From: an uncultured Verrucomicrobiae bacterium
GTDB taxonomy: Bacteria > Verrucomicrobiota > Verrucomicrobiia > Chthoniobacterales > UBA10450
DNA: 64,000 nt
Assembly (NCBI GenBank): GCA_963791565.1
Contig: CAWBSX010000004.1
Location: 372,601-436,600, forward strand
Reading direction: 5' to 3'
This document shows, in pieces, positions 47,602 to 58,727 of this stretch. The position numbers and the translations under genes were made by a program. Under the pieces are notes generated by a model that made no database searches, had not been told where the DNA came from, and was given only the letters and a program-made list of their open reading frames with translations. Position 1 is the stretch's first letter. Each line of letters starts with the position of its first letter.

Positions 47602-49684
47602 TTACACCACTGGTCGACCCACTCGTTCACGGTCTGGTACCACAAAACCGGAATTCTGTGGCTTCAGGACCCAATGCCCTTCGTCGGGGAAGTAGAGGAA
47701 CTTGGACGGCACTTTGAGACGCTGCAGCGTGGTGAAAAGCTGCATGCCTTCCGCGACATCGAGCCGGTAATCGAGCTGACCGTGCACGACCAGCGTGGGC
47801 GTTTTGAATTTGTCCGCGAACAAGTGCGGCGAAAATTTCCGGTAAAGCTCGCGCTGTTTCCACGGCGGGCCTTTGAATTCCCATTCGTTAAACCAAAGTT
47901 CCTCCGTCTCGCCGTAGGCCGACTCGGTATTGAAGACGCCGTCATGCGAAACGATGCACTTGAAGCGATCGGTGTGGCCTAACAACCAGTTGGCCATGTA
48001 GCCGCCGTAGCTCGCGCCCATCGCCGCTTCGCGCGTTTTGTCGATGAACGGATAAGTCTTTTCCACGTAATCGAGACCCTTCATCAAATCTTCATACGGC
48101 TTGCCGCCCCAATCGCCGCTGATCGCGTCGCAAAATTTCTGTCCGTAACCGGTCGAGCCGTGGAAGTTGATCATGACCACTACATAACTGCCGGTTGCCG
48201 CGAAAAGTTCGGCGTTCCAGCGATACGTCCACGAATTTCCCCACGCGCCTTGCGGACCGCCATGAAGCAAAAACTTCAGCGGATATTTTTTCGACGCATC
48301 AAACCCCGGCGGCTTGATGATGAAGCCCTGCACATCATCGTTATTCGCGCCTTTGAAGGTGAACGACTCTATCGGCGGCATGTCGATTTGTGACAAGAGC
48401 GCATCGTTTACATGCGTAACCTCTGTGACCGCGGGATTCGTTCCGCTCGGCGTCAGTGGAGAAGCTGTTGCGAACCATCGGCGAACTTTCAGGCTTACAA
48501 TCTCATTCGGCACCTCGATCTGAGATATGCTCAAGTACAGACTGTCGGCATCTCCGCCAAAGGCGAGATCATCCGCGTGGCCCATTCGCACAAGCTCAAG
48601 CGCTTTGTTTGTCGCGAGCGATAAAACATAAATCGGCGACATGCCGTGATCCTCGGCGCTGAAGAAAATCGTCTGCGAATCCGGTGCCCAAGCAAAACTG
48701 CCTAACGAACGGTCGAAATCCGCCGTTGCATTTCGCATTTGTGCGGACTGCCGCTGATAAACGATGAGCGATTGCTTATCTGCTTCGAAACCGGCGCGCG
48801 CCATTGATCGCCAGGCGATGTGGTTTCCATCCGGCGAATAGCGCGGCGTGTTGTCGTTACCGGGGCTGGTGGAAATTTTCTTGGGCGACCCGCCGGTGAT
48901 CGGGACGAGAAAGATGTCGTTGTTCGTGCTGGTCGCGCCGACTTCATCGATGTTGCTGGTGTAGGCAACTTCCTGTCCGTCGGGGGAAATGGCGTACATA
49001 TCCGCACCGCCGAGATTGAATGGCGGCACATCGTGATCGCCCGGCGTGATGTCGCGCACAGTCCCCGCGCCGCCGGTGCTAATTACGAAAAGATGGCTGC
49101 GTTTGAAATTCAGTGAACGAAGTCCAATGACGATAAAGCAGTGAGGTGAAGATTTTTGCCTTCACTTTGCTTTTCTCGATTTTCTCGTCGCGGTCCTTGT
49201 TGCAGGCGTCGTCTTTGCAATCGGGAAAAACGGAGGAAACAAAGACGATATTTTTCCCGTCCGGCGACCAGATACCGCCGTCCGCGCCGGTGGAAATATT
49301 CGTGACCTGATGCGGTTCGCCGTCGAGTCCGCCGCTTTCCGGCGTAAAATTGCACATCCAGATTTGCGTCGGATCGGTTGCCTTCGAAGTCCAGATCAAC
49401 TTGGTGCCGTCGGGCGAAAAGCGCGGCCGTTCCTCCTGGTTCTCCGTTTGATTCAAGCGCCGCGCGTCGCCGCCGCTGGCCGGCACAATCCAGAGATGTG
49501 TCTTCTTCGTGTTCGCCGCCAGATCCACATCGACCGCGTCGAAGACAACCCATTTCCCATCGGGCGAGGGCGCCAATCCACCGACGCGTTTCAATTTCAT
49601 CATGTCTTCGAAGGTGAACGGGCGCGTTTGCGCAAAAGACGTGGCGACGAAAAGGAAAACGAGCGTGGGAATTCGGAAGTGCAT
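47602..49684 (-). CDS. S9-family serine peptidase (beta-propeller + alpha/beta catalytic domain), with one apparent frameshift near 49070
   Basis: The N-terminal propeller ORF (49684..49079) and the C-terminal ORF (49059..47602, with GASYGGYMANW at the GxSxGG nucleophile and a C-terminal His/Asp region) are colinear. The join ...TEF(K)RSHLFVISTGGAGTVRDITPGD requires a -1 shift. Confidence 0.8.
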
Positions 49685-49755
49685 AGGTTCGCGGCACGCT
49701 CTGGCGGAAGCGGTCGCGATGCAACTTAGGCGCGGCAGGAATTCTGCTTACTCAC

Positions 49756-50538
49756 GTGCCGATGAAAAAAAGTGCCCGCGGTACGCTTCTCCTGTTGCTC
49801 TTCTGCTTTTCCGGAACGCTTGAGGCCTTCCCGCCAGAGATCCAAATGAATTGGGGCGTCGGCGCGCAAAATATTTCCGGAGACAGTGATGTCGCGACGG
49901 ACGGCACCCTGGTGGATGCTTTCGTTTTTGGTGATAACACCGTCGCTGACGTGACGGTCAACGGCGTGACTTTCCGCGCATTCAACGTCCCGAGCGACGG
50001 CTCCACGCAATTTGGAGCGGTCGGAAATTACACTCTGAGCACGACCTCGACTCCGCTCGTCGCTTACAGCAACCTCAGCAGTCAGGAAGCGCCTTACGGC
50101 CTGCTCTCGAACGGCTATCAAACCATGCTCGGCCAGGCGGGCAGCACCAGTTCGCCAGGCATGCTCGTTCTAAGCATCGATGGCCTGACGGTTGGCCAGC
50201 AGTATCTCTTTCAATTTTGGACTTCGAACTCTCCGCTGACGACAGCGAGCCCGTCGGGGAATCGTTTTTCCACCATCGGGACCGCGGTCAACTCCATCAA
50301 TCTGGTCGATAACATGCCCAATACCGACGGCGGAATCGGACAGTTCGCCATCGGCACTTTTACCGCCACGGCTTCTTCAGAATTCATGAGCTTCTCGGGG
50401 ATCGACGGCAGCAACGATCCCGCCATCAACGCCTTTCAATTGCGCGCTTTGGCCGTGCCGGAACCGGGCAGCAGTGTCCTGCTCGGTTTGGGATTGCTCA
50501 TGGGCAGTTTTGTTTTTCGGCGCCGCCGTCCTGCCTAA
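49756..50538 (+). CDS. PEP-CTERM-anchored secreted protein
   Basis: Signal peptide; C-terminus LRALAVPEPGSSVLLGLGLLMGSFVFRRRRPA (VPEP + TM + Arg cluster). The stop TAA lies inside a copy of the 11-mer. Confidence 0.7.
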   Translation: MPMKKSARGTLLLLLFCFSGTLEAFPPEIQMNWGVGAQNISGDSDVATDGTLVDAFVFGDNTVADVTVNGVTFRAFNVPSDGSTQFGAVGNYTLSTTSTPLVAYSNLSSQEAPYGLLSNGYQTMLGQAGSTSSPGMLVLSIDGLTVGQQYLFQFWTSNSPLTTASPSGNRFSTIGTAVNSINLVDNMPNTDGGIGQFAIGTFTATASSEFMSFSGIDGSNDPAINAFQLRALAVPEPGSSVLLGLGLLMGSFVFRRRRPA

Positions 50539-50554
50539 CGAGTGCCTAACAAGT
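50533..50554. repeat. tandem pair GCCTAACGAGT-GCCTAACAAGT at the end of the PEP-CTERM gene; the gene's TAA stop is inside the first copy
   Basis: Direct tandem of two copies (the second has one mismatch). Confidence 0.9.
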
Positions 50555-50561
50555 CCTTCTG

Positions 50562-50600
50562 AAAAGCCGGGAGAGCAATCTTCCGGCTTTCGTTTTTCTG
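50562..50600 (+). terminator. intrinsic terminator after the PEP-CTERM gene
   Basis: Stem AAAGCCGG (50563-50570) / CCGGCTTT (50583-50590) with a 12-nt loop, followed by CGTTTTTCTG. Confidence 0.6.
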
Positions 50601-50690
50601 CGGCGCCGTGACCTTCGATCACTCTTTGTTTGCCATTGATCTTCGCTTTTTTCCGATCAGAATCGTCTTCCCCAAACGGAAGGACATTTT

Positions 50691-53600
50691 ATGGTTTTCC
50701 GATCCCCCCGCGCTGGCTGGAAAGCGCGGTCGATCATTGCCGGTGGCTTTTTTCTTTTCTCACTCGGCTCCGCCTGCGCGGCGCCAGATTACAGCAGGGA
50801 CATCGCAGTGTACGATCGATTCCTCGCCCAGGTAAAATCGGACGACGAAATTGTGCGCTTTGGCGATGTGGGACTTACGCCAGCGCAGCTACGCACCTTT
50901 CGAGAACGACTCGTTAGGCTACAAGGCGCCGCCGAAAAAGGCGCCGCGATCGAACCGGACGTGGTCACGCCCGCCGGCACAACCTTCAAGTGGCCGAGCG
51001 GAAATGTTTTCTACCGTTTCGATCCGTCGCAGGTCACGGCCGGGACCATTACCTCGGCGAAGATGCAGGCATTTCGCGATGGCATCGCGGAATGGGCCGC
51101 GTTCGCTAATTTGCATTTCAACGAATTTACCGGGACGCCGCCGGCGAATTACATCACCGTCCAGCAAAACACCACGGGCAACGAAGGCGGCTTCTCCTCA
51201 TCGGTAGGAATGGCGGGTGGCGAACAGTTTGTGCAGTTCGGTCCGAACAGTTGGAATCGCGGCACGGTTTGCCACGAAGTCGGTCACGCCATCGGCCTCT
51301 GGCACGAACAACAGCGCCCCGATCGCGACACTTATGTCACGATCAACTTCAGCAACATCGATCCCGCGCAGCAGGGCAACTTCACCATTGTCGCAGGCGG
51401 GCAGACCTTCAGCACCGCTTACGATTTTTACTCGGTGATGCATTACCGGCGCGCTGACCTGACCAACAAAATGGGCACGCCCAATCCGAACGCGCCCGAT
51501 CCAACCATCGACACCGTGGATCCGAACGCGCCCTATCTGTTTTTCCTAAACATCATGGGCAACGTCTATGATCGGACCTTGAGCAAATCCGATCGCGCCG
51601 GCATGGCGGCGATCTACGGAAATCCGTCACCGCTGCCGGGTGCCGTGGTCACTAATACAAACGACAGCGGCCCGGGAAGTTTGCGCAGCGCGATCTATTA
51701 CGCCTTCGATCGCTCGACCGACGCAGTGCCGACCCCGACGACGGTGACATTTCACATTCCGACCAGCGATCCGAACTACAACGCCAGCACCGGTGTCTTC
51801 ACCATCAAGCCGACATTCCTGCTCGTGGCGCTCGGTGCTGGCACGACCATCGATGGCTCTTCGCAAACTGCATTTACTGGCGACACGAATACGAGCGGAC
51901 CCGAGATCGCGCTCGATGGATCGCAAATTGCCGGGCAAGGACTCGGCCTCTTCGCCTCCGGGATTCCCATTCATGACAGCAATTGCACGATCAAGAATTT
52001 GATCATTAACGGATTCAATCAGAATGGCATCGTCCTCGACGGCACCCGCGCCGCGCTCTTTGGTACTTCGGCGAACGGGAACGTCATCACCGGTTGTTAC
52101 ATTGGAACAGATCGGACCGGCACAGTCGGCGTGGCCAACACATTTCCCGGCATCGAACTTCTCGGCGGCGCATCGAACAATACCATCGGCGGCCTAACGA
52201 GTACTTTGCGCAACATTATTTCCGGCAACGCCAGTTACGGCATATCGATGCACGACGCCGGCACGAGCAATAATTTGATTGAAGGAAATTACATTGGGAC
52301 AAACGCCGCCGGCGCCGGCGCAGTCTCGAACGCGGCCGCGGGCATAGGAATTTTCAACGGCGCAAACCACAACACCATCGGCGGAACCACCAGCACCGCG
52401 CGCAATCTCATTTCCGGCAACAAGGGGCAGGGCGTCCAGATTTTGGATTCCGGCTCCAACGCCAACGTCATCGCTGGAAATTACATCGGCGTAAACGTGA
52501 GCGGAAACAGCGCCCTGGCCAATGGCTTCTTCGATCCGCCTAACGAGTCGTTTTCTTCCGGCGTCGATATCTTCAACGGCGCGCAAAACAATGTGATCGG
52601 CGGCACCGCACTCGGTTCGGGCAACGTCATCTCCGGCAACGCCGCTTACGGCGTCGGCATTTCCAATTCCGGCACCAATGGCAACATCGTCCGTGGAAAT
52701 CTTATCGGCGTTGGCGCCAACGGCACGACCGCCATTCCAAACGGCAACGCCGATCCCGGCCATATGCCGTTTCCGGTTTTGTTCGCGGGCGTGGGAATCT
52801 TCGGCGGCGCCTCGAACAACATCATCGGCAGCGCCGGTTCCGGTAATGTCATCTCCGGCAACGCTGCGCAAGGTGTCGTCGTCTCCAATAGCGGCACGAA
52901 TGGCAACGTTATTTCTGGAAATATTATCGGTCTGAATGCGTTCGGAAACAGCGCGCTGGCCAACGGCTTTTCCGGCATCGGAATCTTCGGCGGCGCACAA
53001 AACAACACCATCGGCGGCCTAACGAGTAATGCCGGCAACATTATTTCGGGCAACAGCAATCAGGGGATCGCCATCAGCAACAGCGGCACCAACGGCAACG
53101 TTGTGCAGGGAAATTTCATCGGGGTGAACAGCGGCGGCGGAACGGCTTTCCCGAATGCCTTCGAAGGCGTGGCTATTTTCGGCGGCGCCTCCAATAACAC
53201 GATCGGTGGCCTAACGAGTAGTGCGCGCAACATTATTTCCGGCAACACCGGCGCGGGAATTTCCATCGGCAACAGCGGCACCAACGGAAATTCGGTGCAG
53301 GGAAATTACATCGGCACCGATGCCAACGTGTACCACTGCGGTCGGCAATGTTCCCGAAGGCGTGAGTATTTATAACGGCGCTCAGAACAACGTCATCGGT
53401 GGCGGTGCCGGTGCGCGTAATGTCATCTCCGGCAATGGCGCGCGCGGCGTGGGAATTTTCGACGCTGCGACAATGAACAACACCGTGCAGGGAAATTACA
53501 TCGGGCTAAATACGAACGGGAACGCGGCCATTCCGAATAATTTTTCCGGCGTGGAAATTTATCTCGGCTCCAACAACACCATCGGCGGCACGACCGGCAG

Positions 53601-54678
53601 TACGCGCAATTTTATTTCCGGCAACAACGATCGCGGCGTGCTTATCGACGGCGCCAACGCGAGCGGAAATGTCGTGCAAGGAAACACCATCGGCCTTGAT
53701 ATTACCGGCACCGCGCGACCGAATGGAAATACCGGCGTGGAATTCTTCACCGGTTCCCACGCGAACACGATCGGCGGCAGCGCGTTTGGCGCGAGCAATC
53801 AAATCGCGAGCAACACGAACGATGGTATTCGGGTTTACGACAGCGGCACCGACGGCACCAACATGATGGCGCTCCTTGGGAATTCCATTTTCAACAACAG
53901 CGCTCTCGGAATCGATTTGCTCTACGGCAATAGCGGTCCGCAGCATCCGAACAATCAGCAGGCCGCGCCGACCTTGAGTTCCGCGGTGCTCGGCTCCGCC
54001 AGTAACATCAGTGGCACCGATGTCAGCGGCACGTTGAACAGCACGGCCAGCACAACTTTCCGCATCGAATTTTTCGCCAGCCCGGGCGGGACGAGTCAGG
54101 GGAAAAATTTTATCGGTTCAACTAGTGTGACCACGAACGGTTCTGGTTCCGCTTCGTTTGCTTCGCTGCATCTCGCCGCCGCCGTTCCGATCGCGCCCGT
54201 GCAAAGTGGCGGCAGCGTGATCACGGCGACCGCGACTGATCCAAGCAACAATACGTCGCAATTTTCCGCACCGGTTGCGGTAACTGCGACCGATAGCGGT
54301 GGCGCGGGAATTCCCGATAACTGGATGGTTGCACACTTTGGCCCCACTTGGCAGACGAACCCGAGCGCAGCGCCGAATGCGGATCCGGACGGTGACGGCC
54401 TAACGAATGCTCAGGAATTTCTCGCCGGAACCGATCCAAAATCAGGTGGCAATTCGCTGCACATCACGGCCATCGCGCGCAGCGGCATAGACCGGCTCGT
54501 CGCCTTCGCTTCCGTGACCGGAAAAACTTATCGCGTCGATTACAAAGATGATCTGCTCAGCGCGAATTGGATTCTGCTGCAAGATCAACTCAACGCCACA
54601 GGCAACAGCACACAAATCACCGACACTGGCGCGGGAAATCTCGCCCGCCGTTTTTATCGCATCGCGCTCGATCAGTAG
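50691..54678 (+). CDS. large secreted protein: N-terminal astacin-like (M12A) zinc metalloprotease + long right-handed parallel beta-helix repeat region + C-terminal DPDGDG domain; one apparent frameshift near 53320
   Basis: Signal peptide. HEVGHAIGLWHEQQRPDRDTYV (HExxHxxGxxHE...RxDRD) and the Met-turn SVMHY. More than 20 repeats of about 22 aa (NxIGG(L)TSxxRNIISGNxxxGIxIxNSGTNGNxVxGNYIG). The two track ORFs (50691..53375 and 53221..54678) join as ...GTDANV(T)TAVGNVPEGVSIYNGAQNN. Confidence 0.75.
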
Positions 54679-54729
54679 GTTGTAGCAAGCGCATTGACGA
54701 TCCCGAGCACGCTGCGCGACACTGCGCCG

Positions 54730-55813
54730 ATGGAGTGCCCGTTTAATGGCGAACGGCCGGTGCAGTATTACGGCGATTATCTCGGGTCGAAAAACTCCTC
54801 GAGCTACAGAAGCCGCTCAGCCTCAAAGAAGGCAAGCTCATCGCCCACGATGAAATGCTCTTCATCATCATCCACCAGGCCTACGAACTCTGGTTCAAAC
54901 AAATCCTGCACGAGTTGATGGCGTGCGGCGAAGTTCTCGAGAAACCGGCGGCGGACGATGACGGCCCGGACATGAACGTCGTCGTGCATCGTTTGAAACG
55001 GACCGTGGAAATTTGGAAACTTTCAACCATCAGGTAGACGTCCTGGAAACAATGACGCCACTCGATTTTCTGGAGTTCCGTCGAAAGCCTCCAAGGCGCC
55101 TCGGGTTTTCAAAGCACCCAATTCCGCCAGATCGAAGCGACTCTCGGCTTGCGGATGGAGAACGTTTCCGGCCGGATTACTACAAGCACACCGAGATGGG
55201 TGGCTTTAACGAGGCGGACTACCAGAGATTGTCGAGTGCGGAAAAGGGCGAGTCCTGTTGCGAATGGTGGAACGGTGGTTGGCCCGCATGCCATTCTTCG
55301 ACGAATCCTTCTGGCAAAAGTGGGATGGCGAAGAACGGACCGGCCAACCCGGTAACGGCCAAATTTTGGAACCACTACCGAAAACTTTACGAGCAAAGTC
55401 TTTCCGAACGCGATGAAAAAAACGACTTTTAGGCAAATTCGACGCATGTTTTTCGAGGAAGGGCCCGGGCGATTTCTCCGCCGCCCGCTTTGCGGGCCGC
55501 GCTTTTCATCATGCTCTATCGCGACGAGCCGCTCTTTCGTTTGCCCTTCGCTCTGCTTAACAGCTTGATCGAGATCGACGAACAGCTGGCCAACTTCCGT
55601 TATCGCCATCTGCAGATGGTGCGGCGCATGATCGGCACAAGGGTCGGGACTGGTGGAAGCAGCGGCGAGCAATACCTGCAAGGCGCGGTAAATAAAAACT
55701 ACGTCTACAAAGAACTGGCCGGCGTCATCACGTTCCTGATCGAGCGACGAAATCTGCCCGCGCTGCCCGCGCGTTTGCATAAGGCGCTCCGTTTCAGTTT
55801 CGCGGAAGTCTAA
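54730..55813 (+). pseudogene. kynA: tryptophan 2,3-dioxygenase (kynA) disrupted by at least 6 frameshifts
   Basis: TDO segments are colinear but in alternating frames: MECPFNGERPVQYYGDYLG, EKLLELQKPLSLKEGKLIAHDEMLFIIIHQAYELWFKQILHEL, HQVDVLETMTPLDFLEFR, ESLQGASGFQSTQFRQIEATLGLRMEN, PDYYKHTEMGGFNEADYQRLSSAEKGES, LLRMVERWLARMPFFDESFWQKW, and ...AALFIMLYRDEPLFRLPFALLNSLIEIDEQLANFRYRHLQMVRRMIGTRVGTGGSSGEQYLQ. The stop TAA lies inside a copy of the 11-mer. Confidence 0.75.
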
Positions 55814-55828
55814 CGAGTAGTCGAATCC

Positions 55829-56641
55829 ATGGCCGAAACAGATTACGTCCTCGGCACGCACGATGAAGAAGTCGCGCGGCTCGGCCTGCAACATCGCGTC
55901 TGGCGACCGGTCGTGACCGAATGCTGGCAGCGCGCCGGCATTACCGACGGCTGGCGCGTCATCGACATCGGCGCAGGACCGGGTTACGCCACCGCTGACC
56001 TCGCGGAAATTGTCGGACCGACCGGCGCTGTTCTCGGCATCGAACGCTCGGCGCGTTTTCTCGAAGCCGCACGCGATCGTTGCGCGCGTCGCGGCCTGAC
56101 GAATGTCAAATTCCGCGAGAGCGACCTGATGGAGCTCTCGTTAGGCAATCTCAATTACGACGCCAGCTGGTGTCGCTGGGTCGCGTCATTTGTTTCATCG
56201 CCGAAACTCCTGGTCGAAAAAATTGCCGGCGCCTTGCGCAAAGGCGGCATCGCCATTTTTCACGAGTACAGCGACTACGAAACGTTTTGCTTCATGCCGC
56301 TTCGTCCGGCGATCGAAAACTTCCGGCGCGAGGTCGCATCGAGCTGGCGCGCCAGTGGCGGCGAACCCGATGTCGCGCGTCAGTTGCCGGGACTGCTGCG
56401 CGACGCGGGAATGCGCGTGCGCGAAATCCGGCCGCGCGTCATCACCATTTCACCGCACGATTATGCCTGGCAATGGCCGGCGAGCTTCATCGAGATTAAC
56501 GTCCTGCGTTTACAGGAGCTCGGTCGCCTAACGAGTGAACAAGGCGCGGAGGCCTTGCGCGAATTTCACGAAGCCAATGCTGATCCCGAGTCCTGGTTCA
56601 CCACGCCGATGTTTCTCGAAATCGTGGCGGAGAAAAAATGA
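55829..56641 (+). CDS. class I SAM-dependent methyltransferase
   Basis: Motif I VIDIGAGPGYAT, post-I acidic residue, and motif II region. 270 aa. Confidence 0.8.
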   Translation: MAETDYVLGTHDEEVARLGLQHRVWRPVVTECWQRAGITDGWRVIDIGAGPGYATADLAEIVGPTGAVLGIERSARFLEAARDRCARRGLTNVKFRESDLMELSLGNLNYDASWCRWVASFVSSPKLLVEKIAGALRKGGIAIFHEYSDYETFCFMPLRPAIENFRREVASSWRASGGEPDVARQLPGLLRDAGMRVREIRPRVITISPHDYAWQWPASFIEINVLRLQELGRLTSEQGAEALREFHEANADPESWFTTPMFLEIVAEKK

Positions 56642-57893
56642 AACGACTGCTCGTTTCGTTTTTGTTGTTCACTGCGATCGCTCGCGCCGACCAGCCTATC
56701 CTGTTGAAACCAGCCGCCGTTTTCGACGGACAGGAAATGCATCCCGGTTGGTCGGTCTTGATAAATGGAGACAAAATTTCTGCGGTCGGGCAGCGGATGT
56801 CTCCGCGCCGGCGGACGCGCGCACGATCGAGTTGCCTAACGAGACCTTGATGCCGGGAATGATCGAAGGTCATTCGCACATGTTCCTTCACCCGTACAAC
56901 GAGACGAGTTGGAACGAGCAGGTGACTAACGAATCGTTGGCCTTGCGCACTGCGCGCGCCACTGTGCATGCGCGCAAAACTTTGGAAGCTGGTTTCACCA
57001 CCGCGCGCGATCTCGGGACGGAAGGCGCCGGTTATGCCGATGTCGGACTGAAGCAGGCGATCGATAGCGGAATTATTCCCGGTCCGCGTCTCATCGTGGT
57101 TACGCGCGCGATCGTCGCGACGAAAAGTTACGGGCCGAAATACGCGAGCGAACTCGACGTTCCGCAAGGCGCGCAGGAATGCAGCGCCGTCGATGAATGT
57201 ACCCGCGTGACGCGCGAGCAAATCGGCAAAGGCGCGGACTGGGTGAAGGTCTACGCCGATTATCGCTGGACGCCTAACGAGTCATCGCGCCCGACATTTT
57301 CGCAGGAAGAATTAAATGCGATCGTGCAGACAGCTCGTTCTGCGGGTCGGCCGACTGTGGCGCACGCCACAACCGCGGAAGGAATGCGTCGCGCGATTAA
57401 CGCCGGCGTGGACTCCATTGAGCACGGCGATGAAGGAACCGCGGAAGTGTTCCGTTTAATGAAACAAAAAAACGTCGCGTTTTGCCCGACGGTCGCTGCG
57501 GGCGATGCCGTCTCCCGTTATCACGGCTGGAAAAAAGGAACGGATCCGGATCCACCGCGCATCGCGCAAAAACGCGCGAGCATGAAAGCCGCGCGCGAAG
57601 CCGGCGTGACCTTTGCGATGGGCGGCGATGTCGGCGTTTTCACTCATGGCGAGAACGCGCTCGAAATGGAATTGCTCGTGCACGAGTACGGCTTCACGCC
57701 TCTGGAAGTGTTGCGCCAGGCGACGAGCGGCAACGCCGCCGTGTTCCATCTCACCGACCGAGGACTCGTTAGGCCAAATTTGCTCGCCGATCTCGTGGGT
57801 GTGGAAGGCGATCCGACGCGCGACATCGATCTTGTGCGCAAAGTAAAGTTCGTCATGAAAGGCGGGACAGTCGTGCCTTTGCCTAACGAGTGA
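56638..57893 (+). CDS. secreted amidohydrolase-family metal-dependent hydrolase, one apparent frameshift near 56790
   Basis: Signal peptide MKRLLVSFLLFTAIARA...ISAVG, then in the other frame DVSAPADARTIELPNETLMPGMIEGHSHMF (HxH). Later metal ligands (VAHATT..., IEHGDEG..., GGD) are present. ATGA overlap with the methyltransferase. Confidence 0.8.
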
Positions 57894-58727
57894 TGGAAAC
57901 ACCCGACGCTCTCCCGCCAAAACCAAAACGTTGGCCGGTCGCGCTGCTGGTCGGCTTCATCAGTGCGATCATCGGCGCGGCGATCTCCGCGCCCGTCTCC
58001 GACTGGGCGATGCAGATGCATCACGTTTCCGCGCGCGAAGGCGAACGCGGGTATGCGGTCATGTGCCTCTGGATACCGCTTGCGTTTGTCATCTGTTTCG
58101 TCGCTGGATTTGTCGTTAGTCTGCTAATCAAGCGCAGCGGTTTCGTCGGTTATTTGCTGCGCCAAGGTGCGGCGCTCGCCATTGTTCTATTTTGGTCGGC
58201 GATCGGGCGCCGTTGGTTACGCCACCGCCGATCATCCGCCGTTGGTCGATGGAAAAAATCTCGCGCTCGAAATCGAAGTGCGCGTGCCACGCAAAGGTCG
58301 ATCCATCGAAGATTTGAAAAAAGCCGATTTCAGTGTTGCGCTCGTCGTCTCAAATTCCGATCGCAGTTATTCCGACATGCGTTGGACGGAAGCGAGCGAG
58401 TCTAACGAAACCATCACTATTCCCGCCTGGGCCAATTTGAATTCGCGCAACGCTGGCCGCGAAATCACCGCCGGCATAAAAGATGAGAACCGGCAAATCT
58501 TTAACGTCATGCGTCGCGCCTCGCCTGCGATCGATGAAGCCTGGTCGGAATGGGAACCGCCGCGCGAGCGGTTCGATGGCAGCAAGCCGGCGCCGGGAGA
58601 TCAATATCAGGTTCGCTATCGCGTGCGTTTCGCGGGCGAATACTCACCGACCCCGCGACCGACGCTTACTTACGAGCCATCGACCCCGGAAGAAACGGCG
58701 TCGCCTAACGAGTCGTCGTCGCCATAG
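57893..58727 (+). CDS. hypothetical membrane-anchored protein, one apparent frameshift near 58205
   Basis: N-terminal TM-rich part (ALLVGFISAIIGAAISAPV..., MCLWIPLAFVICFVAGFVVSLLI) from ORF 57890..58405 continues as AVGYATADHPPLVDGKNLALEIEVRVPRKGRSIEDL... in ORF 58167..58727. Confidence 0.4.
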
